A stretch of DNA of 61,309 bases, the filler included, from Ferroacidibacillus organovorans (GTDB lineage: Bacteria; Bacillota; Bacilli; Alicyclobacillales; SLC66), in the NCBI RefSeq assembly GCF_001642725.1. It is 3 parts of 3 records of this genome, joined end to end, with 100 filler letters (N's around TTAATTAATTAA, not from the genome) between each part and the next. Parts side by side here need not be neighbours in the genome. Positions count along the whole stretch, not along the records: positions 20,824 to 41,171 come from NZ_LSUQ01000045.1; positions 41,272 to 61,309 come from NZ_LSUQ01000046.1; 1 more part is not named here. One strand, 5' to 3'. The position numbers and the translations under genes were made by a program. Position 1 is the stretch's first letter. Each line of letters begins with the position of its first letter. Below are positions 39,723 through 49,900 of the stretch, one piece after another. The notes under the pieces were generated by a model, which worked only from the letters and a program-made list of their open reading frames with translations, was not told the origin of the DNA and made no database searches.

Positions 39723-39795
39723 ATGGAGCCGAAGAAAATCTACGAAGTGGCCATCTATTTGCGCAAGAGTCGCGATGATTCAGACGGAGAGGATA
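39723..39795 (+). pseudogene. N-terminal stub of a large serine recombinase
   Basis: MEPKKIYEVAIYLRKSRDD vs MEQKKIYEVAVYLRKSRDE at 45358 (7 mismatches in 56 nt); GAGGTG RBS; homology then stops. Confidence 0.8.
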
Positions 39796-40006
39796 GTATC
39801 GTGGACATCTGTCGTTTCCCTTGGCTTATGGAGGCCAAAGAATGGTTCATCCTTGGCCACGGCGTCACCAAGAGAATTGCAAGACAAAACAATAAGCGTG
39901 CACTTAATATCAAGGGGATGTTTTCGCATACGGAGAAGTAGTTCGTCACGTTATCGCTCACGAAATTCACCACATTCATAAAAAGGATACGGGTCACCGA
40001 TAAATG

Positions 40007-40741
40007 TCACAAATTCTGATTCAACCGGATCATATCCCGGCACTGAATGCCGTTCTCGTAGATGGGTTCGTCATAGTGTCGTACAAAGAAGTCGATGTCC
40101 ACGCCAACGATTCGAAACCCACATTTCTGATACAGGCGTAGCTGGTCAACGCTTGAATTGCCCGTACCGATCTCGATGGTGCGAAAACCATCCTTCCTAG
40201 CGGTCTCGATGGCGTGTAGGACCAATCTTCTGCCAATCCCTTGCCCCTGAACGTCCTCCCGTACGGCAACGTTGACCAATTCAACCGTCTCGGGGCGGGT
40301 TCCGATGAGCACGTAGACGCCGATTGCCGTGTCACTGACCTCGGCTATCCAACAGTTTCCTCGTTTGACGTAATCGGCAACAAACTTTTCTGATGGATCT
40401 GCCAATAGCAACAAATCCATCGGCGCCTGTTCCCCTTCCTCCAAACGTCGGATATGTATTGGTACAGGATGCGCTCGATGGTCAGTCTGTAACAGAACCT
40501 TATCGATTGATAAATTCATCGTTTGAGAGGATGCTTCATCCCCCATCTCCTCGATGCGGCCGACGTTCCGCAATGAACTGCCGAGTTGCAAGCGGGCATA
40601 AGCGTCATATTCTGCCGAAAGTCCGAGAGAAATTGCCTCTTTGTACAGTGGAACTGCCTGCGCCTCTTGACCTAAATAGTCCAAGACATTCGCTAGTTCA
40701 AACTTCGCTCGACCCATCGTGGGATTCGGTTCCTGTTCCAA
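40007..40741 (-). CDS. Chimeric ORF: TPR fragment fused to a GNAT acetyltransferase
   Basis: FELANVLDYLGQEAQAVPLY..QLGSSLRNVG (TPR-like), then LLLLADPS..QGQGIG..LYQKCGF (GNAT). Confidence 0.7.
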   Translation of the reverse strand: MEQEPNPTMGRAKFELANVLDYLGQEAQAVPLYKEAISLGLSAEYDAYARLQLGSSLRNVGRIEEMGDEASSQTMNLSIDKVLLQTDHRAHPVPIHIRRLEEGEQAPMDLLLLADPSEKFVADYVKRGNCWIAEVSDTAIGVYVLIGTRPETVELVNVAVREDVQGQGIGRRLVLHAIETARKDGFRTIEIGTGNSSVDQLRLYQKCGFRIVGVDIDFFVRHYDEPIYENGIQCRDMIRLNQNL

Positions 40742-40770
40742 ATCATCGCCCTGCTTTCATTATCTATATT

Positions 40771-40962
40771 CTACTTCGGTTGCATGCGCCTGATTGCACA
40801 CACGAGCACCTCATTCTCCACGAATCGCATATCGATCGGGCTGTTTGGCAAAAGTGAGAGACTGGCGGGTTGCTCCAGAGCGTCATTCAAAGCGGAGCCA
40901 GTCTCTCGTAGCTGCCAGTAGCCTCCAAAGAATGTTTCATTGTCATAGGCTTTCTGCTTCAT
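40771..40962 (-). pseudogene. 5' fragment of a class I SAM methyltransferase
   Basis: MKQKAYDNETFF..LEQPA is paralogous to the gene starting at 51320; homology ends near 40847. Confidence 0.75.
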
Positions 40963-41171
40963 CGCATCGTCCCTCCTCAAATTCAGTCGAACAAGCCAAG
41001 CAAAATCACGCCCACTGTAATCAATCCCGCCGCCGTAATCCTTTGACGGCCCTGTGCTTCCTTGAGAACCACAATCCCAAGAATCGTGCCGAAAACAGTC
41101 CCGATCTCCCGCATCGGAGCAAGTTGCGCGACTGGTGCCAGATGAAGTGCCAACAGGAAGAGCAGGTATCC
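40850..41171 (+). repeat. Diverged duplicate of 51208-51529 (EamA 3' end plus methyltransferase 5' end)
   Basis: About 20 substitutions and no indels over about 322 nt, aligned by hand. Confidence 0.9.
40983..41171 (-). CDS. EamA/DMT transporter 3' part, cut by contig end
   Basis: GYLLFLLALHLAPVAQLAPMRE; paralog of 51341-52198. Confidence 0.8.
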   Translation of the reverse strand, partial: GYLLFLLALHLAPVAQLAPMREIGTVFGTILGIVVLKEAQGRQRITAAGLITVGVILLGLFD

Positions 41172-41271
41172 NNNNNNNNNNNNNNNNNNNNNNNNNNNNN
41201 NNNNNNNNNNNNNNNTTAATTAATTAANNNNNNNNNNNNNNNNNNNNNNNNNNNNNNNNNNNNNNNNNNNN
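41172..41271. other. Artificial contig linker (N44-TTAATTAATTAA-N44)
   Basis: Same spacer as 20724-20823. Confidence 0.97.
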
Positions 41272-42817
41272 GCTCACCATCATCGCCACATTTCTCGTCT
41301 GCATCGGCATTGCTGTCGCCGCTACCTCATCACCCGTCTATGCCGCGACACAGCCTTCGCCTTCGATGGTGAATCAAATTCTGCCCACCGAACAGCAGAT
41401 CGGCGTGACGACCGGCGTCACCCCCACCTACCGCACGTATCCACCAGACAGGTATGCGTTTGACCTCGGATACAACCTCGTGACGTGGGAGTGGGGTGGG
41501 CTCAAGCCGAGCCTGAACGATCCGATCCCGTTTCTCGGCAACGCGATCTCCAGTTGGATTTTCATTGGCTCAGGCTTCATCACCCGGTTTGGCGTCTTCC
41601 TCTCCGAACTCGGGTTTCACACGCAACTCGTCAATGACCAGTTATCTGCCGTCACGCCGCTGCTCATCGGACTGCGCCAAAGCCTCTTCGGACGCTTTCT
41701 CCCGTTCAGCCTCATCGCGCTCGGCTTTTGGGTCGTGAAGAAAGGGATGTTCGACAACCAACCGGCGCGGGTCTGGTCGGGCGTCCTCGCGAGCGTCGTC
41801 GTACTGGCAGGTGGACTCTTCTTTATGGCGAACAGCGGCCCCGACATCCGGTTTCTCTCGACCGCGATGGACGAGTTATCACAGGTGACCATGGGGTCGC
41901 TCGCAGAACCATTTCAGCAAGTGGAGGGAACATCCTCCATGACGCCCGGGCAGGCGGCAGACACGGAACTCGTGATCACGGCCAATCAGGTTTGGGATTT
42001 GCTCGTGACCCGCCCCTGGGTGATTGGAGAGTTTGACCAAACGGACGCGCAACCCATCTTGGTCACGCCTGCGGAGGCGACGGCGATTGAGAAAACCGCC
42101 GCTACCGACAACGTCTCCCTGCCCGTATCCCCCGGCGAAGACTGGATGGTTCTGATGCGCGACTATCCGGATGGGTCACAGCAGCGCACCATCCTTGCCA
42201 CAACCCTTGGGGATCCGTCCATTAATCACGCGGGGCATGCGGACATGCCGAACGTCCTCGGCGCGGGAAGCGTGGTACCAAGAATGGTCATCGCGCTGTT
42301 CTCCCTCGTCGCCTCTCTCGCCTTCCTACTTTTTGCTGCCGTGATTGCCGGGATGCTCATCGCGGCACAGGAATTGGCGCTCGCGCTTATTCTCGTCTCC
42401 CCCATCGTCTTTTTACTCGGCGTTCTGCCAGGACGCGGGTTTGGGTTGGTGCGTGCGTGGCTGGGCTGGCTGATTGGGGCGCTAGGGACGAAAGTGGTGT
42501 ACGGCTTGTATTTCGGCCTGACGCTCCTGCTCGCCGACGTCGTGACCAAAACGACCGGGCTACTCATCCTACAGCAGGTGCTCGTGTCCCTTCTGTTCTT
42601 TCTCGCCTTCCTGTTTCGCAAGCGGGTGCTCGGCGCCATTCTCTCGAAGGTCGGCGCACCCACACCCCACGAGATGCTGCGAACATCCGTGGTATACGTT
42701 CGCGATCACTTGCGTGAGACCTCGACGTCCGTCAGCCGCACCAGTGGGTTTGCCAAGAACGTATACCGGAAATTCCGTCCCAAAGGTCCCGGGCAGGACG
42801 GCGGTGACGACGGATGA
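41272..42817 (+). CDS. Gram-positive conjugation membrane protein (VirB6/ConG-like), 5'-partial
   Basis: Frame is open from the contig start with a signal-like segment (..PVYAA). Contains VWDLLVTRPWVIGEF and a C-terminal TM cluster (LILVSPIVFLLGVLPG). Confidence 0.7.
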
Positions 42818-43752
42818 AGCGCCCCACGAAACACATCGTCGGTTGGGTCATCGCGGCACTTGGCGGCTGGGGAGTCGCCATTGCCATTTTGTTGTTCCTG
42901 CTCCTGCTTGTGACCCTTGGGGCTGTCATCTCCTCCAGCGACAACGCCCTGCCCTTTTCATCGACTACGTCGGTTGAACCCATCCCACCTCAGTTGGTTT
43001 CCCTCTACCACGCAGCAGGCGCCAAGTACCACGTGCCTTGGGCGATTCTTGCCGGGATTAATAAGGTGGAAACGGACTTTGGCCGCGATTTGTCCGTCTC
43101 ATCGGCAGGGGCCATTGGCTGGATGCAGTTCGAGCCAGCGACATGGGCACAGTACCGCGTCGATGCGGACGGCGATGGTAAGGCGGATCCTTACGACCCG
43201 GTGGATGCCATCTTCACCGCTGCGCACTATTTGGCCGCTTCTGGCGTGGCGAAAAATTCCGAACAGGCTGTGTTTCAGTACAACCACTCGACCGACTACG
43301 TGCGCGAGGTACTGCGGTTAGCGGAAATCTACCAAGCGTGGAACCCACTCAGTTCCGCTTGGGTTTGGCCTGTAGCCGATACGGGAGACCGGGTTTCGGC
43401 GACCACGGATGCAAGCGGTGAACCGCTGAACGTGATCATCCACGCTAGCCCAGGTGTGACCGTGCGTGCCATTCACGGCGGCACGGTGACGGCAGTCACA
43501 AACAGCGAAGTCTCGCTCGATCTCGGCGATGGACTCACCGTCATGGAGCATGGCCTGCGACCGTCGGTTTCGCGCGGGATGGTGGTCGCGGCGGGCATTG
43601 CGCTCGGCACGGCGGCCACACGCGGCGTCACGGCGTCGATTGAGGAGACGGGTGCGCCATTGCCGCTCCTGTGGTTTGTGAGCCCGTCTGCGCCGACGCT
43701 GGCCCCCACACCGCAGCTTGTGCCGAGGCTACCAGTACCCAACGCGCCGTAG
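42814..43752 (+). CDS. Lytic transglycosylase (VirB1-like) with degenerate M23-like C-domain
   Basis: N-terminal TM helix; AGINKVETDFG, SSAGAIGWMQF, DAIFTAAHYL and YNHS motifs; WVWP..VRAIHGGTV lacks the M23 metal ligands. Confidence 0.85.
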   Translation: MKRPTKHIVGWVIAALGGWGVAIAILLFLLLLVTLGAVISSSDNALPFSSTTSVEPIPPQLVSLYHAAGAKYHVPWAILAGINKVETDFGRDLSVSSAGAIGWMQFEPATWAQYRVDADGDGKADPYDPVDAIFTAAHYLAASGVAKNSEQAVFQYNHSTDYVREVLRLAEIYQAWNPLSSAWVWPVADTGDRVSATTDASGEPLNVIIHASPGVTVRAIHGGTVTAVTNSEVSLDLGDGLTVMEHGLRPSVSRGMVVAAGIALGTAATRGVTASIEETGAPLPLLWFVSPSAPTLAPTPQLVPRLPVPNAP

Positions 43753-43864
43753 TCCCTCAACATCGTGCTCGAATCAGAGACAAGTGGTAGAGGGAAAAGC
43801 CCTTATCGTTGCTTCCCCCCTGTTCCGGAGCTATGATGACACACTGCGAAAGGAGGACGACATC

Positions 43865-44065
43865 ATGCCCGATCAGGATTTGAAAGACAAAGTGCGCCGC
43901 GTGCGCAAGGAAGGGCGTTTGAAGGTCCAGAGCAAAGCAGAAGCACTCGAACTCATCACCTACGCCCAAATCATGTATGGCTACCCATTTCGGATCGAGG
44001 GCCACACAAGTTTCTATTACCTGGTCGTCGACGGGGACGACGAACGGCCATCCGGCGCGAATTGA
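43865..44065 (+). CDS. Small hypothetical protein (paralog A)
   Basis: AAGGAGG RBS, 66 aa, similar to the next gene. Confidence 0.7.
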   Translation: MPDQDLKDKVRRVRKEGRLKVQSKAEALELITYAQIMYGYPFRIEGHTSFYYLVVDGDDERPSGAN

Positions 44066-44111
44066 GACCGCGATAATCAGCGGTCCCAACCCAGGGGAGG
44101 AGGTGAAACTC

Positions 44112-44288
44112 ATGGATAAGCAGACCTTGGAAGACCTGGTTTGGCGCGTGCGGCAGGAAGGGGCCATTCAGTTGACCGAAAAATCGGACGCGCTCGAACT
44201 CCTGCACTACGCGAGAATGACGTACCGATTCAACTTCCTGGTCGGATTCAACGTGTATGGTTGTCGGGTGATGGATGAGCGCAGGTGA
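44112..44288 (+). CDS. Small hypothetical protein (paralog B)
   Basis: GGAGGAGGTG RBS, 58 aa, RVRxEG..K..ALEL..YA..Y shared with paralog A. Confidence 0.7.
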   Translation: MDKQTLEDLVWRVRQEGAIQLTEKSDALELLHYARMTYRFNFLVGFNVYGCRVMDERR

Positions 44289-44335
44289 CAATCGCCGCTA
44301 CGCGCTCTGTCGAAACTCGAAAGGAGAAATAGGAT

Positions 44336-44536
44336 ATGGACAAGATACTGGTGCCAAGGCCCGTCTTTGAGGGTCTGGAAGCGATTCGTCAATCTGGAGC
44401 CGTCAACATGTTCGACTTTGGGTCGGTGCTGCGAATGGCCGAGATGTTGACCCAGAAAGATGCGGCAAGGTGGCTGTTGAATCACAAACGGGAATACCTT
44501 CAGGGCGTGCTTTACGGCATTGAACCGGAAGAATGA
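44336..44536 (+). CDS. DUF5049-like small protein
   Basis: AIRQSGAVNMFD and EYLQGVLYG motifs; AAGGAG RBS. Confidence 0.75.
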   Translation: MDKILVPRPVFEGLEAIRQSGAVNMFDFGSVLRMAEMLTQKDAARWLLNHKREYLQGVLYGIEPEE

Positions 44537-44559
44537 GAAATTCGGGAGGTGTTTCAAGT

Positions 44560-44883
44560 ATGCAATATGAGTTCACTGTCAAGCCTAGCCATTTTGGCGG
44601 GACGTGGTATGAGGGAACCGTGGACGGATATTACGTACACGCCCGTGTATTCGAGGAGCCGTCCAAGTTTGGCATCAACGATGGCAGAATCTCCACCCTG
44701 ATGGTCGTTCCCAAAAAAGGGGACGGCCTCTTTCATGCCCTGGTCAACTATGATCGCGGCTGGGATGGAGGTCTGCCAAAGGCCCAATATCGCTCGGTGG
44801 TGGAGCACGTCTATGCCTGCTTTCACGATCACGATCTCGACTGGAAGCTCGAAGAACGCAAGCATCATGGGCAGATGTTCTGA
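44560..44883 (+). CDS. Mobile-element-associated hypothetical protein
   Basis: FEEPSKFGINDGRISTL..NYDRGWD motif seen in Firmicutes prophage/ICE proteins; GGAGGTG RBS. Confidence 0.7.
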   Translation: MQYEFTVKPSHFGGTWYEGTVDGYYVHARVFEEPSKFGINDGRISTLMVVPKKGDGLFHALVNYDRGWDGGLPKAQYRSVVEHVYACFHDHDLDWKLEERKHHGQMF

Positions 44884-44927
44884 GCGTCGCAGCGCCCTGC
44901 ATTTTGCCTTGACTGGGAGGGTATTCG

Positions 44928-45107
44928 ATGGGCAAGCCAATGTTTATCTGTTCGAGGGGTCACTACTCCATCCTGAATCCGACACTCGTGACGGTTTCAC
45001 CTGTCGGGATCGCGATCCGCTGTTCAGTGTGCCAAGAGGTGACGCTCATTTCACTTCATGAAACCAGCCCCGAAAATCCACCCAACGTGGGTGGTAACGA
45101 CGGATGA
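44928..45107 (+). CDS. 59-aa zinc-ribbon-like protein, missing from the ORF track
   Basis: GGAGG RBS; MGKPMFICSRGHYSILNPTLVTVSPVGIAIRCSVCQEV.. contains CxxxH and CxxC. Confidence 0.65.
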   Translation: MGKPMFICSRGHYSILNPTLVTVSPVGIAIRCSVCQEVTLISLHETSPENPPNVGGNDG

Positions 45108-45357
45108 CCTTATTGCCCCTCCCGCCCACTCATGCCAGTGCACACGTGAGAGTCCAGAAAGACCGTTAGAAAAGTAGATTGATCCGTCCAACTCCTGCCG
45201 TTGACTGTCCACCAGCACCGAGCTAAGTTGGACATCCAAGCGGGGCTCCATCACGGGACAGATGTTGCGTCATGGGATGGAGCCGACCGCGGAGGGCAGC
45301 GGCACGGCATGTGGCGCTTGTGCCAATCGACCGATATCGGTACGGGAGTGGGTGCTC

Positions 45358-46854
45358 ATGGAGCAAAAGAAAATCTACGAAGTCGCCGTCTACTTGCGCA
45401 AGAGTCGTGACGAAGCGAGCAAGGACGAAGATGTCCTACTCAAACACGAAACAGCGCTGACCGATTTTGTCCGGAAGAACAACTGGCGATACGTGATTTA
45501 CCGCGAGATCGGCAGTTCCGACAGCATCGACTTTCGCGAGGAGTTCAAGCGTCTCCTCAAAGACGTCGAGAATGACTTTTACGACGCCGTGGTCGTCATG
45601 GACTATGACCGACTCAGTCGCGGCGACAAAGAGGACCGCGCCCGCGTTGAAAAAGTGCTGAAACTCTCCAATACGCTGGTCGTCACTCCCAATCGCGTGT
45701 ATGACCTGAACGACGAAGATCAGGAACTGATCACCGACATCGAGGGCGTCTTCGCTCGCTACGAGTACCGCATGATTAAGAAGCGGTTCCAGCGCGGCAA
45801 GAAGATTGGCGCGCGTCTCGGCCACTGGACCAACGGTCCCGCACCTTTCCCCTACGCCTACGACGCCGAAGCCCGATCACTTGAGGTGGATGAGCAAAAA
45901 CTTGAGATTTATCAGTTCATCAAGGAGCGATTGCTGCGCGGCAGTACATGCGCCAGCATCTGCTGGGAATTGAACCGGATGGGTGTCCCCTCTCCCAAGG
46001 GCAAGCTGTGGCAGGAGAGTGTGGTCTACCGCCTCGCACTCAATGAGGTTCACCTCGGACGTGTGATATACGGCAAGACCAGCGGCGGACTGCACAAGAA
46101 TCGTAAGACCGCCCCGTTCCGGGTCAATCCACGCGAGAACTGGGTTGTGGTCGAAAACGCACATCCAGCGGTAAAGACACCGGAGGAACACGCCGGGATC
46201 GTCAAGCTGCTCGAACAGCGTCGAATCCAAACGAAGCGCACCCGTCACGGCACCTACGTCTACTCGGGACTCGTGTTCTGTGGCAAGTGCGGCTCCTCCC
46301 TGCAGTTTCAGCCCAAGGAGAATGGCCGGATTCTCGTCAAGAAGTGCCAGAAAGTCGATCCGTTCGGGATTCGCTGCGGCAACCCCGGCGCCGATCTCGA
46401 ACACGTCGAGGTCGCAGTGATAGAGAGCCTGCGCGAATATGAGGAGGAAATCCGGTCAAGACCGATACAAGTGTCGACGCCCGATATGACCCCGCAAACG
46501 GTACTGCGACTCAAGGAAACGGAACTTGAAACCCTGCACGAAGGCATCCTTCGGCTCAAGGACCTGTATGTGTCGGCGGACTTGACCAAGCAAGAATACC
46601 GCACCCGGTTGGATCGTCAAAAGGATCTCATCGTGAAAAAGGAGAACGAGATTCAGCAGTTGAAGGAGATTGTGCAGGTTGGTGGACCCGTATCTGATCA
46701 GGAGCGGTTGCAGCGAATCGAAGAACTGGAGAATGTTTGGCAGCATCTCGATACCAAACCCGAGGAGAAAAATCGGTTGTTTAAACAGATTATTGAACGA
46801 ATCGAATATGCGCGAAACGGCTACGGAATTAACGTACAAGTTAAATTCCGCTAG
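45358..46854 (+). CDS. Large serine recombinase (integrase)
   Basis: YLRKS catalytic Ser, DRLSR, recombinase domain (HPAV), CGKCG zinc ribbon and coiled coil. Confidence 0.95.
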   Translation: MEQKKIYEVAVYLRKSRDEASKDEDVLLKHETALTDFVRKNNWRYVIYREIGSSDSIDFREEFKRLLKDVENDFYDAVVVMDYDRLSRGDKEDRARVEKVLKLSNTLVVTPNRVYDLNDEDQELITDIEGVFARYEYRMIKKRFQRGKKIGARLGHWTNGPAPFPYAYDAEARSLEVDEQKLEIYQFIKERLLRGSTCASICWELNRMGVPSPKGKLWQESVVYRLALNEVHLGRVIYGKTSGGLHKNRKTAPFRVNPRENWVVVENAHPAVKTPEEHAGIVKLLEQRRIQTKRTRHGTYVYSGLVFCGKCGSSLQFQPKENGRILVKKCQKVDPFGIRCGNPGADLEHVEVAVIESLREYEEEIRSRPIQVSTPDMTPQTVLRLKETELETLHEGILRLKDLYVSADLTKQEYRTRLDRQKDLIVKKENEIQQLKEIVQVGGPVSDQERLQRIEELENVWQHLDTKPEEKNRLFKQIIERIEYARNGYGINVQVKFR

Positions 46855-46945
46855 GTTACTTGCTGAATTTTACTTTTTGGTTCCCCCATCTGTAATTCTC
46901 ATGTTCAAAGGAAGGATGTGTTCAAAACTGTAGGGCATAGTTGCA

Positions 46946-49900
46946 TCACAGTCCCGAAGGTTGATTACAACCAAGACGAATGAGTTGTGCCTTGAGATTA
47001 TTGATGGTTTGGGCCGACACATCATAGTCATTTATTGCTTGCTGAAGCAGTACAGTAATGTCGGCACAGTGGTAGCACGGGTACGATGTCCCTTCTAGTG
47101 CATACGCGATTAATTCAAACGTTTCGCTCGGTGCTATGGAAATCAGGTTTTTTGATTTTATTTCGTATATCAAACGAGTTTGGTTTACACCGGGAGACGG
47201 ACATCGTCTGATTAACTCGATGGATTCTAAGTATAATTCCGGTACATCTCCGAATTCGCAAACCCAATGAATCATCGCTTTCGACTCTCGTACAGAAACT
47301 GGTCGGGGCAGTCCTTGGCACCTTTGATTCCAATAGTCTCGCAACCATCGATTCCAAAGTTTTGATTTGGTTTCCGGCGACATTGATCCAATAATCCACC
47401 CTATCTGTTCAGACCAATGCACTCTCCCGTCTTCTCCTACTTCGCCGAGAAATCTATCCGCCCACTCCGGATGTCCATCTCCAGGCCAAAACAACGCAAG
47501 TGCAGCCATGTGATTAAAAAATTGCCGCCTTACAATATTCGAATCATCCTGGGACAGTAAAGTGAATCCCTGCTCATAATAAGGCAGCAAAATTGGAATC
47601 AATGCGAGTGACCATTGACCTGCTGCAAGATATCCATGCCACATCTGCTGTGGCAAGTCTTCGTCTGTATTTGCCCAAGAGAAACGAGGAACGACATGTT
47701 CCTTCGCCCACTGCTCATCGATTGAAAACAAAAACCCCATCTCATGAGCCACGATGACTCTACCTGCAATGTCCGCTTGTGTGTCACCCTGAAGCAGATT
47801 AAGAAACATGGACAAATAGCGTTCCATTAAGGTTTCCCAGTCTTCTAACCGATGTTTTGCGAAATATCCCAGGATTTCAATCAAAATTCCTGCTGCCTTG
47901 CCAGCAGCGTGAGACAAAGCGAACAAATACCAGCTATGTTCACTTAGAGTCAAGTCAACGCTCGAGTCGCTAGACTGTCTCGTTTGTTCTAAAATTCGGA
48001 ACGTAACTTCTTCAATTCTCGAGAGATGAATCCCTAAGATGGTATTCTGGGAGCCTTTCAAGCCATCCATTAGCAGATTTGCCACACCATCGGCAATGAG
48101 GTCAATTCGTTCATGGCTTTGAATAAGAGTTAAGACCGAGCCCCACTGGTCACTGGATAATTCAATCCTGCTCCATCCAAAGAGAATTTCCTTCCACAGT
48201 GGATGACCCCACTCGTTAGATTGCCTAAGATGTTCAGCCCATGACCACGTTATTTCAAAATCTTGTTTGACTGCTCTTCCAATCGTCTCGGTAAAAAAAC
48301 CGAAACTGTCATGCTCCACAAGCTTGATGACTTCGTCTGGGGACATCTTCAGCAATTCATCTATTGGGATTCCCCATCCCTGACTAAATGTTTGAATAGC
48401 ACTTACCGCAGACACATTCTGATACTCGGACGGCCTAAAATCAGGATATATCTTCAATGATCTTCGATAAGCCCTTAACGTCGGTTCATCATTCGGTAGT
48501 AACTGCGCACTAAAATGAAGTATGGAACAGACATTATACAAGACTACTTCCTCGATATTCCCTCTTTGCATCGCTTCAAGCGCGGTTCGTAAAAAGCGTG
48601 ATCGAACACTCTTTTTTGCGGCTCCATAACAGGCATTCAGGAGTTCGAATACGTCGTGGCATAACATCGGTGAACTCAATAAACTGGGGTTACACAAAAA
48701 CGAAAGTTTTTCATCGACACCTACAAACGCCGCCGACTGTAGAGCATAAATGGACAGCCGTTTCAGAAGTGGACTGGAGCAGGCAATCCATTCATTGATT
48801 AAAGACCGGCCTTGTACTTCATCATTCGCGGCCAGATGTTCAATCACGTCGCATGCAGCATCGATCAAAACGTCGAAATCATGTCCAAACTCTTGGCGTT
48901 CACTGGGCCTGATACTTCGGCGCGTATACGAGACCGGGTCAAAAGAATCGTTTGCCTGACCTGTCGATCGAAGCATCATGTGAACCGCTTCGATATTACG
49001 AGCGATTAACATTCTGATTTGGATGACGTTTTCCGTAAGAGAAGGCTGGATAACGTTTTGCCATGCATCGTGTAATTGGTAGCTCTCCGAATGAAGGGAG
49101 GGTTCAATTCCGTAGTCCCTCTCCTCGTTAAAACTGGGTATCAACACTGATGATGGTTGCGTCAAATAGTCGAACAGCGCGATGCATGTTCTACCGTCAT
49201 GACGAATACTTGATGATTGAAATAAACCTACCAATTGCGCACTCCTTTTACCAACTGGAGCCGTAGATATAAGGAAATGCACCCAAGAAGCCAGAATGTG
49301 TGGTTCAATTAAAACATCATCTTCAGTCATATAGGAAAAATGCCATACGAGGATCGACCACAGTGTTTGGTCAATTTGACCACCTTTTCGCTGTATAAGC
49401 GCCAAAACTTTGCTTGAATCCGCACTGGTGGCCCTTTGCCCTAGCCAGTTTGCGATAGCGGTCGATAGGTCCCCCCATTTGTGGGTCGATTCAAATATCG
49501 AATCCAAAACACTGTTCGAATCAAACCAAGTAATCCACGACATGGTTGAGGCTCGCTCCAAGATTAGCTGTAAAACGCCTGCCTCATTCATGTGCCACAA
49601 GAGCATGTCTACCGTGGCAGGATCGGTTGGTGGCGAATCGAAAGCCATCACTCTTTCAACAAATACCTTTGTCTCCAAATAACCATTATTCATAAACCCG
49701 GCCCATGCTTCTAGACAATGGGAGAGGGCTGAATGATTGTGATGGTCACCGAGCGGATAGAATAGCGGTTCAATCCCCAAGTAATGCCACTTGGCTTCTT
49801 CCCCCATAGGCGCTAACGCATATCTTTGGGTGCTAGGTGGTAGACCACGAGCCAGATACTGCATGATTACATCGTCATGACTGTACCCGACGAACAGAAC

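Larger units (their letters stand above)
41272..46854 (+). mobile_element. End of an integrative conjugative element with a large serine recombinase (partial)
   Basis: VirB6-like protein, lytic transglycosylase, small mobile-element genes and LSR, all co-oriented; visibly GC-richer than the flanking SIR2 gene. Confidence 0.75.

Noticed and set aside
45262..45357. Cys-containing N-terminal extension of the recombinase in the ORF track
   Set aside because: The paralogous stub and RBS position support the start at 45358.
39723..45413. LSR stub and LSR start read as direct repeats (attL/attR) flanking one element
   Set aside because: They lie on different contigs separated by an artificial linker, so their spacing and orientation are not established.
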